Source of the DNA: Azolla caroliniana
Lineage: Eukaryota > Plantae > Polypodiophyta
Direction of reading: 5' to 3'
Assembly: GCA_043228905.1 (NCBI GenBank)
Contig: JBHGNT010000003.1
Span: forward strand, 11,160,001 to 11,224,000
Length of the DNA stretch: 64,000 nucleotides
Shown here: piece by piece, positions 39,301-51,530 of the stretch
Layout: each line of letters opens with the position of its first letter
Position numbering within the stretch: the stretch's first letter is position 1
Notes under the pieces: model-generated
What the model was told of the DNA's origin: nothing
Seen by the model: only the letters and a program-made list of their open reading frames with translations
Databases searched by the model: none
Position numbers and translations under genes: made by a program

Positions 39301-41677
39301 ACATTCGAAATCTCCAGCTGGAGCACCCATTTTCTTCGTCAAGAAAAGGGATGGCTCACTTCGTCTAGTGGTAGATTACCGTGGCTTGAATAAAGTTACA
39401 ATCCGCAATAGGTATGCACTTCCCCTTATCTCAAGTCTTTTAGAATGGATCAATGGTGCTAGGTTCTTCACAAAGATCGACTTACGGGGGGGGCCTATAA
39501 CCTCGTATGGATCCGACTAGGAGATGAATGGAAGACCGTGTTCCGCACTAGATATGGGCACTTCGAGTATACGGTCATGCCGTTCGGCCTCACTAATGCA
39601 CCAACAGTCTTCCAACACATGGCAAATGATATATTCCGAGATCTCTTGGATGTGTGTCTGATCATGTACTTGGATGATCTACTGGTTTATTCAAAGACCG
39701 AAGAAGAGCATTATTCTCATGTACTGTTAGTACTAAAACGACTTCGAGAACATGGTCTTTACGCAAAGCTAGAATGGTAGAATGGCAGGCTCCACGCTCG
39801 GTGCAGGATGTGCAATGCTTTTTAGGCTTTGCCAATTTTTACCGGAAGTTTATACAAGATTACTTAAAGCTCGTTCTACCTCTCACACAGCTTACCAGGA
39901 AAGGACAATTGTTCGTTTGGTCTGAAGAAGTAGATATGGATTTCGAGAGTCTTAAAAAGGCATTTACATCGGCTCCAATTCTAGCTCATGTTGATCCGGA
40001 ACAACCATTCATTATCGAAGCTGACGCATTGGATTTCGCATTGGGGAGCATTCTGTCACAACGGGGTCATGATGAGAAGCTACATCCTGTGGCTTTTCAC
40101 TCATGCAAGTTTGACGCCGCCGAAATCAATTACGAAATTCATGATAAGGAGCTATTGGCAATAGTGGACTCGTTTATGCTATGGAGACATTTTTTAGAGG
40201 GATCCTCTCATCAAGTCACCGTATTCAGTGACCATAAAAACCTTGCCTACTTTCAGGATGCTCGTGTGTTAAATCGACATCAAGCTCAATGGGTCCACTT
40301 CCTCACGTGTTTCGATTTCAAAATTACATATCGTCTGGGGAAGCACCAAGGGAAGGCAGATGCATTATCACGACGTTCGTATATAACACCGCATCTCGAC
40401 GAGCTGGATTTCGATAACCAAAAGCAAGTAATCTTGGGACCGGCACGACTGCAAGCAACACAGGTTTTTGGCATGCCCATGGATTCCCACGTTATCAATA
40501 TCATACGTGTGGACCTGAAGACAAATGCTTTCGCCCAAGCTATACTAGCACAAATTGATCCCTCTCGAGCGTCGTGTTCACAGTCGCAACTACCAGGTAT
40601 GGACTATAGGCAATTCAAATACCATGATGGATTACTCTTCTTTAAAGAACTTTTGTATGTTCCTAATGGTTCTTGCCGCCTTCGAGTAGCACAAAATTGT
40701 CATGACACATATATAGCTGGGCATTTTGGTAGTACTAAAACATTAGATTTAGTACAAAGATAATTCTGGTGGCCCCGTATGCGACAATTTGTCGAAGATT
40801 TTGTTCGGACTTGTGATACATGCTGCAGAGCGAAAATGCCAAGGCATCATCCATATGGTTTATTAGAACCATTACCAATTCCAAGCAAGCCGTGGCAATC
40901 CATTGCTCTCGACTTCATCACAGATCTTCCAATCTCTAAGGGGTTCAATGTGATTCTAACAGTGGTAGATCGATATATGAAGATGGCTCATTTCTTGCCA
41001 TGTACTAAGGAAATATCCAGTGAAGACACCGCCGAAATTGTCATGCGTGAAGTATGTTAGCATCATGGACTTCCGGATAGTATTGTCAGCGACCATGAAC
41101 CCCAATTCGAGTCAAAATTTTGGAAGCACCTTTTTAAAATGCTCAAGGTCACTTGTAACCTCTCCTCCGGCTACCACCCACAAACCAACGGCCAAGCCGA
41201 ACGAACAAATGAAACGCTGGAGCAGTATCTGCCGTGCTTTCTCAGCTATCATCAGGATAACTGGGCAGATATTCTCCACTTCGCCGAATTTGCCTATAAT
41301 AACTCTATCCACGCATCGACTAAAGTTACGCCATTTTATGCTTATACGGGATGTCACCCTCGGTGGAGTGTACTTGAAACCCCAGAGGTGTCCACAAATC
41401 CTTGTGCGGAGGATCGTTTGGAGCAGTTATGCCAGATACAAGCAGATTTATCTACTCATCTCCAGCAAGCTCAACAAACACACAAGGTCTACGCGGATCG
41501 TCATGGACTTCCATCTAGTTTTAACATTGGAGATCGGGTGTGGCTGCTACGACGACACATCAAGACTACTCGCCCATATGAGAAGTTGGATTATCGGCGA
41601 TTAGGTCCTTTCCGTTGTCGCGTTGTTACACGCGTGCTTGTAGAAAGGGGTGGGACCACGGGGGTCTTGAACCGAGG

Positions 41678-41759
<82 letters not shown>

Positions 41760-42417
41760 AGATACACGGAGTGAGAAGGAGAGATATAGAACGTAATACT
41801 TGATTTCAATAAGAAGAGAACACAATAACAAGAGAATACAACTCTGACGGTTACAGCCGACAAGGCGGCGATGGATCCGACACGGGGATCCTACTCACAC
41901 ACACAGACAACACTCGCTCGACTCCCAGAAACAAAACAAAGGGGGAGAGCCTCTGTTGGAAGCGCACGGGCTGTCCACAAAGCAGAGGCAGCGAACTCCC
42001 GACCCACAGAGACCGACAACCGGAGAAGAAGAGAGAGCTCGGCACTCAGATCTGCAGCAACACTTTGTCCTCCCTAGCGCGCGATACCTGTTCCTTCCTC
42101 CTCTCCCTCCTTAAATAGTTCCCCAAAAGGGGGTGCCCCCTTTTTCTTAGCGAAACTGCTTTATTCCCTGTCCCTGTCGACAGAGATACGCACAAAATTC
42201 CCTAATAAATGTGCACTACCTAGTATTTACACCAGTCGCCTTAATTACGAATTATGTACAATATATCAATCCTCGCGTCCACCCGTGTAAGAGCCGGTTC
42301 ATGCGCCTTTTTCTTCGATTCTGCCTATGGCCGGTTTTCTTCACGACATCCACCCCCACCAAACCGCGCATCCACCGGCATGCGCCAGAGACGGGTAGAC
42401 ACCGAAGAAAACCGGCT

Positions 42418-45400
42418 TCACTCGTCGGTCTCCGATTCTCCGCCGGACCCGAATTGATCGTTGTCGTTACTCTCGCTCGCCGGCTCCGGCTCGTCTTCGA
42501 ACCGCTTCTTGAACTCTTGGATCTGCTTCCCGGCCACTGGCACCGCTAACTGTGTACCATCGAGTTCCGCGAGGTGGTACGTGCCGTTGTCATTTGCACT
42601 CGTCACCATGTAGGGCCCGAACCATCTCCTAGCGAACTTTCGCACTGCCTTGTGCTGATTGTCGAGGCTGATGTCGTATACCAAGACCCAATCGCCTTCC
42701 TCGATCTTCTTTGGTCGCAACCGGTGCGTCCGGTTGAACCGGGTCTTGTTCCGCTCCCTTGCCGCTCGCAACTTTTCCTTCGCCTGTATCACGTCCTCCG
42801 GCCTCCGCTCAAGTTGCCGAATCCGCGCCGCCAGCAACTCCTCCCGGCTCATTTCGTCCTTCCAATCTACCGCCGCCCATGAAGAAATCGTCTGTTCCAC
42901 CGGCATGATCGGCTTCTGCCCGTACATCAGCTCTGCCGGCATAAACCCTATCACCGAACTGTGCGTAGTTCGGTCCACCCATTCCCGACCTGCGCTCCGC
43001 ATGCACGCACCAACGCCTTTACGATCGGCCCGTGCCCACGTTCCACCTTTCCGTTTGCCTCCGGATTGTACGCCGTAGTGAGGGAGAGTTTGACGCCTAG
43101 CTGGTCGAACAGCTCCTCCGCCTCCAGCGCATCCAGCTCTCCCCGGTCCGCCACGATCTTCCCGACGCACCCGTACCGACACACCACTTCTTCGATCAGG
43201 AACCAGCATACCGCCGTGGTTGTCTTGCTTTGCAGTGCACGACCTTCCACCTGGTTCGTTAAGTCTTCCCATGCAACCACCAGGTATCGCATCTGTACGA
43301 CCCCAATCGGCATTGTCACCAAGTCTACCATCCACTTGAAATGGACCGTAGGCGGGTAGGTCGGGTGTAGCTCGTCCCGGTGTCGGACTACGGAGTGCAT
43401 CTGACAGCTTTCGCAAGTCGTTACGAACCGATGCACGTCCTGGTACAGCCCCGGCCACCAGTACTTCTCCTTCAGCTTCTCAAACATGGCTCACGTTCCG
43501 TCGTGTCTGGCCCAGGGGCTCTCGTGAAATGCCTCCAGTAGTTTCCCCTATTTTTCTTTCTTTGCCACTACTCGGAGTGGGATGCCACTTCTTTTCTTTG
43601 GGTGCCTCCAAATGCACCCGTCCCGCAGGAAGAATCGGTACGCCTTCTTCCGTACCCGGCTCGCCTCCTCTCTCGCCCATGCCGCGTTCGGCGTCATCAT
43701 CCGTAGGAACCTCCCGATTTGGAGCCACTCCCCGTCGTACCTGCTTTTGTCAAATTCGTTAAGCGCGCCGGAGTGTTCCTTTTCCTCGTTGTTATGTTAG
43801 CCGACCCAAAGAAGTCCTCGCCGACTTCTTCATCATCCGAAACCATGCCGTCTTCGTCGTTGAACCTTGCCCTCGAAAGCATGTCCGCCATGGCGTTGTC
43901 CTTTCCGGAGATGTGCCATATCTCCGGGTTCATGGACTTAATGTACGCTATCCACCGGAGCATTGCTAGGTCCGGCGTCGCGCATCCGGAAACCATGCCG
44001 AGTATCGGCAGGCAGTCCGTCTCGATGATCACCTCTGTCCCGATCAGATAATCCTTGTTGGCCTTGACTGCCAAACCAACACCCCAAAGCTCGCGCTTAA
44101 CTTGGGCATATCCTCGCTGCCACTCGCTCAATACCTTTGCCCCGAACCTGATCGGGAATCGTACGCCGTCCTTTTCCTCCTGACTGATTACCCACCTGAT
44201 CCCGGTCGGCCTTGTGTCCACCGTCACGCAGATGGGAACATCCTTGCCGTAAACCGTTGTACGGAGAGCCGGCGCTACCGTAAGCGCCTCCTTTAGTCTC
44301 CGTGTCGACTCTGTGTGCTCCGTTCTCCACTCAAAGCTACGCCCCTTTTTCAATAGTCTGTAGGGGGGTTCCGCGACATGTGCGTAATGCGGGATCCAAA
44401 TGTGGTAGAACGCGCATGCTCCCAAGAATCTGCGGACCTCCGTGACCGAATTGCAGTCATGCTTCATCGCGGAGATGGCTTCCAGCTTGGCCGGAGACGG
44501 TTTCCGACCGTATGCTCCGCATAGGTGCGCGACGACAATGATCTCTGATTGCCCGAAGGCCGATTTTTCCCCGGAGAAGGTGAGCCTTGCGCCTTCTAGT
44601 CTCTACAACACCTTCTCATAGTCATCGATGTGGGACGCCACGAAATTCCGACATCCGTCCGACCCGATTGCCTCGTCCTTTTCCTACACCGGGCATCCCC
44701 TGATCGGGATGTCGTCTAAGAATGGCATGGTGATGTCCGGGATACAATCCCTGAGCACTTTATTCATCGCGTTCACCATGTGAGCCACTGAGTTCGTCCC
44801 TCCTCGTGGCAGGGTACACATCCGCACTATGCCGAGAGGAGTCCGCATCGTCGTAATGTCTCTGCTCTCCACGGGTAGTTGGAACTGATTGTACCTCAAG
44901 TACAGATCACCGACAGAATAGATCGACCTTCCAGCGAAGGCCTCTGCGAACTCGTCTATGGTCGGTCCGATTCCTGCATTACGGATGGTCACCTTGTTGA
45001 CCGGTTGCAGGTCCTGAATGAAGCACATCGTGCCGTTCTTCTTTGGCACCGTAAACCACCGATTCGAATACAGGGCACTCGACGGTTCGAGGATGCCCAT
45101 CTCCACCGTTTGCTTGAGGAGCTCCATCAACTTCGGGATGTGAGCTCTCGGCACCGGGATCGGCTTGAGATTCCACGGTACATGCGGTACCGTGAAGATC
45201 ACCATCGGTTCAACAACTGTCGGGTCTACGCACCCGATCTCCTCCGGTGAGAATGCGAAAGCCTTCCCATGCCTCCCGAGCCTTCTCCGAAACCGGTCCT
45301 CCTCCGCCGGCAGTAGAAAGCCGCCCCCACCGACCTTGAGCTCCCGTAGTGTTATGTCGGTGAACCGGTGCCCTATGCCAGGCGGATTCCGTAAACTTGG

Positions 45401-48011
45401 GTCCAACGCGACCCCTTTTATCCGCTCCTCGCTGCCCTCCGGCAAGGGTGCTGCGACTGGCCTCACCTTCCAGTCCACAGTCTTGTACTTTGTATCCACA
45501 CGGGCCATCCGATCCGGCCCGATCCTTTCCTCGAAGTCCGCAATGACTTCGTACATTCCCATTGACCCTACCGGAACGGTCCGGTCTTCTCTAAGGTCTT
45601 CACTGATCACCTTTCGCAGTTCACCCAAGGTGTCGTCAAAAGAGACCGCCTCCACGGCGCCGCTGATGTCTTCGTCGGGGAAGAGGACTCCGCATCCCCT
45701 GAGCCGCTTCTCCGCTCGCTTCCTCTCCCGGCCGTTGATGCCGGTTATAGTACAACCTCCGTTGTCGGAGAACCAAAATTTCCTACTTATGGTACAGGTC
45801 TTCTTCTGTACTGTACATTTGTGGGGTTCTTCCCGGGTGTCTGGACTATCGCGGCCCCGCGCCTTGATAGCCCTCTCTAAAAATCCCCTCGGGTTTCGCC
45901 GCTGAGGGTCTCACAGTTACGCTCGTGGTTTGGTCGCACAGTTAGGAACTGGACCGAGTGACGCCCGTCTTGGCTCTTGACTCTTGCATAGGCTGAACCG
46001 TTGTCCAGCACCTTGGTCTCCATCCGTGCCGCCATGATATATGGCTCTCCTTGTATAACCGGATGCGAGGACGTCTCCTGCACGAAGAAGTGCTAGTCGA
46101 TCTCGACATCGCCGATTTTCACCCGTACGTTCGGCAAGCCCCATGTAGTTCTTCCGTGGCGCACATCGCTACCCGTATCTTCCAGCCGTGCTTGGTGTTG
46201 ATCGGCCATTTACCCTTCTTGTAGAAATCCATGGACATCAGGTTGATTTCGGATCCATGTTCTACCAACGCCACCACCGGTTCCAGAACGTTGCCGATCC
46301 GTACAAGGGTTTCCGTAGTTGCCCTGGCCCAATGTGGCTTCGTGTAGTGGCTTCCCGCCAGCTCGTCTTCTAGGGCTTCGTCTTCCAGGTGCGTGGTCCG
46401 CACCTCCACCGGCTTCTCCGGTTCCGGCTCCGTCAAGAGCCTCTTCCGCTTCACCAAGTCTACGATAGAGTCGTGGAACTCCCTCTTGGCGATTCCCAAC
46501 ACCTCCCGCAATGATAGCTCCACTTTGCTGTCGAGGATACGTTCCTCCAGGACCTTTCGCAGGTCTGTGGTCCTTTCGATTTTGGTGCTCAACCGAAACC
46601 CCGCCTGCTTCTTTCCGTCTGGCGCGCCTAGGTTGCTGGCACCGGTCGGTTTCGGTCCGAACCGGGTCTCATACCTCTGCGGAGGACTGACCCCTCCGGC
46701 CTTTCCTGCCCGTTTGTCTTCCACTAGAACCTCGTAATTCTGGCAAGCGGCTGCTACGAAGCCTGTTTTCTCTTCGACCAGATTGTCCCAACTGGTGACC
46801 TCCTGGACCCGTTGTTCCGCGTGGTCCGCCTCTTCCTTCTTCAACCGAACTCCGGAGAGACCTTCTAGCACTAGTAGCTAGAATCCGGAGTCCTTCGCCT
46901 TCCGGGTGTCATCACCCCCGACCCGAATTCCCCCCGACACTGAGTAGTTAACGGCTTCGACGTGCCGTGCCGCGACCTCTTCCATCAACCTCTTCATTCC
47001 GCCGCGCCCCGTATTCAGTTCTAGGGCTCTCCTGGTCTCGCTCGCGTGCACCCGCCCGTTCCAGAGGTACACCACATTGGTCCTGAGTGCGTCGGTGAAA
47101 TCCGCACAATCCTTTCGAATGTGACTGATTGCGTCACACCACATGCACCGCTGCCCAGCCGGCGGTCTCCGGTCGCGAGGTTGTTCGCCGCTGTCTCTCC
47201 GAGCCTGTGCGATTTGCAGGTCGCGCACCATCTGTGTCAGCTCCTCCAGAGCCGCTCCTCCAGATGGGCCTCTGACCACGTCCTTCGTTGCCTACCCCGA
47301 CTCTGGCCAGATTCAGGTCTCTTCCTTCCTACCGGCTGGCACTGATACCGGCTCCTCCAGCCTCCTCCCCGGGACCGGCCCCGACCCCGACGAGCTTCCG
47401 TCGCTCCAATCGCGCCAATTGTCGAAACGCCTGCAGACCCGTTTTACCACGGCCCAGTCAGCCGTCAGCCCTTCGTCCGTTTCCAATAGGGGACCCACCT
47501 TTTCCCTATCGAGCGCGTCCACCGACTTGACAAACAATAGTACTCGACTTGTTTCGAGCACCGTCCGGTCCAGCGTCGACAGCCGCGCGAACCGTTTTTC
47601 GAACTCCTGGAGGAGCACCGACGTGTTCCTCCCCTTTCCGGGGCTTTCCACCCACGCCATGAAGTCCCGCCTCGACAGCCTAAGCGAGTCGTCAAACCTG
47701 TACTTCTCGAGGAGCTGCAGCTCGAACTCCTCCCAAGTCTGGCATCCGGCCACCACCTTGAGCACCTCCACGTGGATGCTCGACGTTACCACCCGAGGGA
47801 ATCTAGACAACCGCATGTCCACCGGGATATCCCTCATGATCATTTCGGCCCGGTAAGCCTCCAAATAACTTGTGGCGTCTTTCCCTCTGAACAGGCCTAT
47901 AGTGCCAATGATAGATTCAATGGCTCTGTCGAGGGTACCCGTCCCCCCACGAGCGCTTACCAACCGGTCGACGGCTACCACCATTGCCTCTGCTAGCTCC
48001 GATCCCCTCAT
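42418..48011 (-). pseudogene. gag-pol: gag-protease and pol (RT, RNase H, integrase) of element F, with stops and frameshifts
   Basis: CMWCDAISHIRKDC knuckle, ALVEHGSEINL protease-like, LPRGGTNS/PFLDD RT, IIETDC..ADMLSR RNase H, WMVDLV..ADRGE..ERGH integrase, WFGPY. Confidence 0.9.
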
Positions 48012-48034
48012 CTTTCAAATCCTTTTCCGCCTCG

Positions 48035-48052
48035 TTCACGTCGGTTTCACCA
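48035..48052 (-). promoter_or_regulatory. PBS complementary to the tRNA-Trp 3' end
   Basis: + strand TTCACGTCGGTTTCACCA versus the recalled plant tRNA-Trp 3' end TTCACGTCGGGTTCACCA (one mismatch); 4 nt from the LTR. Confidence 0.75.
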
Positions 48053-48114
48053 AATATGTTGCGTTGTTACGCGCGTGCGTGTAGAAAGGGGCGGGACCAC
48101 GGGGGTCTTGAACC

Positions 48115-48158
<44 letters not shown>

Positions 48159-50116
48159 AGATACGCAGAGCAAGAAGGAGAGATATAGAACATAATACTT
48201 GATTTCAATAAGAAGAGAACACAATAACAAGAGAATACAACTCTGACGGTTATAGCCGACAAGGCGGTGATGGATCCGACACGGGGATCCTACTCACACA
48301 CACAGACAACACTCACTCGACTCCCAGAAACAAAACAAAGGGGGAGAGCCTCTGTTGGAAGCGCACGGGCTGTCCACAAAGCAGAGGCAGCGAACTCCGG
48401 ACCCACAAAGACCGACAATCGGAGGAGAAGAGAGAGCTCGACACTCAGATCTGCAGCAGCACTTCGTCCTCCCTAGCGCGCGATACTTGTTCCTTCCTCC
48501 TCTGCCTCCTTAAATAGTTCCCCAAAAGGGGGTGCCCCCTTTTTCTTAGCGAAACTGCTTTATTCCCTGTCCCTGTCGACAGAGATACGCACAAAATTCC
48601 CTAATAAATGTGCACTACCTAGTATTTACACCAGTCGCCTTAATTACGAATTATGTACAATATACCAATCCTCGCATCCACCCGTGTAAGAGCCGGTTCA
48701 TGCGCCTTTTTCTTCGATTCTGCCTATGGCCGGTTTTCTTCACGACACCGTATTATCGGAAAGATTAATGATGTCACTTTTCTTCTTGATCTACCTCCTC
48801 AACTTCGGATACATCCGGTGTTTCATAGTTCTCTCCTCGAACCCTATCACGAGAGCACCATCCCAGGATGTATTATACAACCTCCACCCCCGATTGAGCT
48901 TGAAGATGGACCAGAGTACGAGGTTGCCGCCATCCTTGATTCCAAGATTGTTCGCAACAAGCTCTACTATCTAGTCGATTGGCTAGGCTATAGTCCCAAC
49001 GAATGTACTTGGGAACCGATCGAGAATGTGACCAATGCTCGTGCGCTTCTTGAAGACTTCCATCGTCAATATCCACACAAACCGGGTCCTCCATCCAAAA
49101 CGTTTCGTGACACTCGTCGTTTTAAAGGGGGGATAGTGTCATGATATGGCAAGACTCGAACCCATGACCTTAGGTTATATGGGTCGAGCTCTTGACCATT
49201 ATATCATCTATTGTAATACGTAAGATATTATTTTCATTTACATTTTATTATAGGAAATTAATGTATATTCCAGATTTCTCTGGAACATTCTAGAAGCTTC
49301 AGGATTACTCCTAAGAACACTATAAAAGAGGGCACTAGGCATTATGTTGAACCAAATTGGTTCAACGCCAGTCTTTAGCCTCATAGCCCTTTTGTGCTTA
49401 CTCTTCTTATAATACATAATCTGCTATCATCATCTCTCTCTCTCTCTCTCTCTCGTCCTCACTATCTATCTCTCTCTCCTCTTCTCTCTTCCTCTCTCAG
49501 GATTCTTACGCAGTCCTGTCCTCTTAGTAGTAATAGTACTTCCCTTCTCTAGTACTAATTCTCTCTCTGTTTAGTACTAATCCTCTCTCTGTTTAGTACT
49601 ATTCCTGACAACAACAATGGAGGAGTGGATTCAATAGGGTTTAGCAACAATGGTAGTAATCTAAGCCTGATACTCAACCAAAGATGGCCCACGTGATGTG
49701 GCAAAGGATCATGCATAATGGACCTAGGAATTCGGTATATAATTTATGGTGCACATATCAATTTATGTTGCACATTTATGGTGCTCATTTATATAATTAA
49801 AACTCTCTACTATTTTCAATGGTAGCTTTATGCATAGCTAATTTATCAATGGTAGCTTTTTGCATAGCTAATTAGCTATGTCAAGGAAATAGCTAATTGT
49901 TTCGACTCGCATGCTTTCACCCACTTACATAGACAACAGAGTCAACACCGAATGTTTATGTGGAAAACCCTGATCGGGAAAAAAAACCACGGGAGCCCAC
50001 AGACTCCAAAGTATCACTCTGATAGGAAGGGTACAATGGGAGACTCAGAGGTAATGAGCTTGAGCTCTATCTTCGCCTATTCGCGGTTACATCAGAGAAA
50101 CGACTTTTTGTATCTC

Positions 50117-50147
<31 letters not shown>

Positions 50148-51269
50148 CGTTGTCTCTATGCTCTCTATACAACAATAATGATAACACCAACCTAATGAAC
50201 ACTGTTGCCTTAGTTATATTTATACTTATATAACTTTAGGACTATTTACAAATATGAATTGCAACAGTCACATCGGAACTTATACATAAACTAATGTTTA
50301 GCCGGATACCAAACCAGATCCATCTGGTTTTCTAGATATCTTCCGGATCCATCCGGTTTGGTTCTTTCCTTCGGCTCGTTTGATCTGGCTTGTCCGATTC
50401 TCATCTAGAGGGACTGAATTTCCAACAACTTGCCCATCTTAATGCTCTTCTTTGAGGTTATCGAGGTTCAACTCATCTTCATGCTGCTTCTTCCTGGCTC
50501 ATGAAGTTGTCTTATTGTTGTTGGTAAAAGCTCTACCCCGCTCACCTTGTTCTCGGATGACATTTGTTACGGGCATGACCATTTAATATCCCGTGGTGAG
50601 AATTTACCGTAGTATTCTATACACGTGGATAAGTGTGAGGGTTAAATGAGAGTGTAAAGAAGGGGAGGATTACTTTAAATCCTCGGGATTGAGACAACCC
50701 ATTAGGTCAAGTGTGAACTTGCCTGGGGGCCTTGGTTATCGCTATAAATAAGAGGCCTAGCTACCCTCATTTGATCATCTTTTTTACTACATCGAGACTC
50801 TGCTCGTGTGGTGGGTCAACTCTTGTAGTGAGCGCGCCAGCACCAGGTACGACTCGACGCCACGGCGGTGGTATGGGACGCCGATCGAGGCTCGAGTCCG
50901 TCTCGATCCCTTCGCTCGGGGGTGGTCGGGTGGATCGACACCCTTCTTTCTCTTTCTCCTTTCTATCTATCATTAGTTTATCCTTATCTTAAGCTTACTT
51001 TAGTACCTAGATCTCTAATATTTGGTATCAGAGCTATGTACTAATGTTTCTTTGTTTGTCTTTTGTCTTTTGATTGATGGTGATCGATCGATGTGAGGTC
51101 GGCCTTGATCCAGACAAAGATCAACAAAGAACTTTGGTAACTCTTTCCGTAATTGTTTTTTTCTATCCTCTCTTCTCCCATCTAATCATGTGTTTAGTTT
51201 ATATGTCATTTTTTCATTAAGTCAATGATGTTGTAGTGGTCTTTAATTGATTATCTAAAACGTTTACAT

Positions 51270-51530
51270 ATGTGCATGAGGTCAATACCTCGTTTGACAT
51301 ATCAATAATATGTGATGAGTGTCGTATGCGTACGAGGTTAATACCTCAATTACGTATTACGTTCATGAACATCTGTTACATTTGCGTATGAGTTTAATAC
51401 CTTGATTTGTTGTAAAGGATATGCGTTTGGTCTCGTATGCGTAAAAGGTCAATACCTCAATTGCGTATTACGATGATCTCTTATTTGTGGATGTTTCGTG
51501 TGCATAGAGGTATATACCTCGATTACGTAT
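51270..51530 (+). repeat. Five ~56-bp tandem units each with a GAGGT-N4-ACCTC hairpin, in the leader of element G
   Basis: Hairpin cores start at 51278, 51334, 51390, 51445 and 51507; the third and fourth are imperfect. Confidence 0.75.

Larger units (their letters stand above)
41616..48747 (-). mobile_element. Ty3/gypsy retrotransposon without chromodomain (element F), tRNA-Trp PBS, 4-bp TSD
   Basis: LTRs 41616-42348 and 48057-48747 differ mainly in (GA)n length. TSD CCGT at 41612-41615 and 48748-48751. PPT GGTGGGGGTGGA next to 42349. Confidence 0.95.
37367..49144 (+). pseudogene. gag-pol: gag-pol of element E (37367-41615 and 48752-49144) with many stops and frameshifts
   Basis: LLDSGA, YLDD, RNase H and integrase motifs. 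The GPF-R-IIGKI motif is restored when F is removed; C-terminal chromodomain YEVAAILDSK..WLGY..TWEP. Confidence 0.9.
37007..49610 (+). mobile_element. Degenerate Tcn1-like chromovirus (element E, related to D), 5' LTR truncated, interrupted by element F
   Basis: Partial 5' LTR 37007-37295 matches the distal part of 3' LTR 49137-49610. PPT AAAGGGGGGATAG before 49137. gag/pol are similar to D. Confidence 0.92.
22297..49922. mobile_element. Sola2-type cut-and-paste DNA transposon (~9.2 kb after removing nested LTR elements)
   Basis: Imperfect TIRs GGGTAAAAGCATGCGAGTGAAAC (22297) and GTTTCGACTCGCATGCTTTCACCC (ends 49922). 4-bp TSD ACTT at 22293-22296 and 49923-49926. GRG..CYC ends, a 4-bp TSD and the transposase motifs fit Sola2. 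Confidence 0.85.
22220..50427 (-). mobile_element. Copia solo LTR in two pieces (22220-22296 and 49927-50427), split by the Sola2 element
   Basis: Both pieces align to the reverse complement of the 53126 LTR (GTGCTCGGCCACAACCGAG; GGAAAACCC..AAAAAACCACGGGAG; GAATTTCCAACA). TSD ACTTG at 22215-22219 and 50428-50432. Confidence 0.85.

Noticed and set aside
42255-42310. tRNA-like box in the U3 of element F (GGTTCATGCGCC)
   Set aside because: The B box is poor and there is no TGG A box; too degenerate to count.
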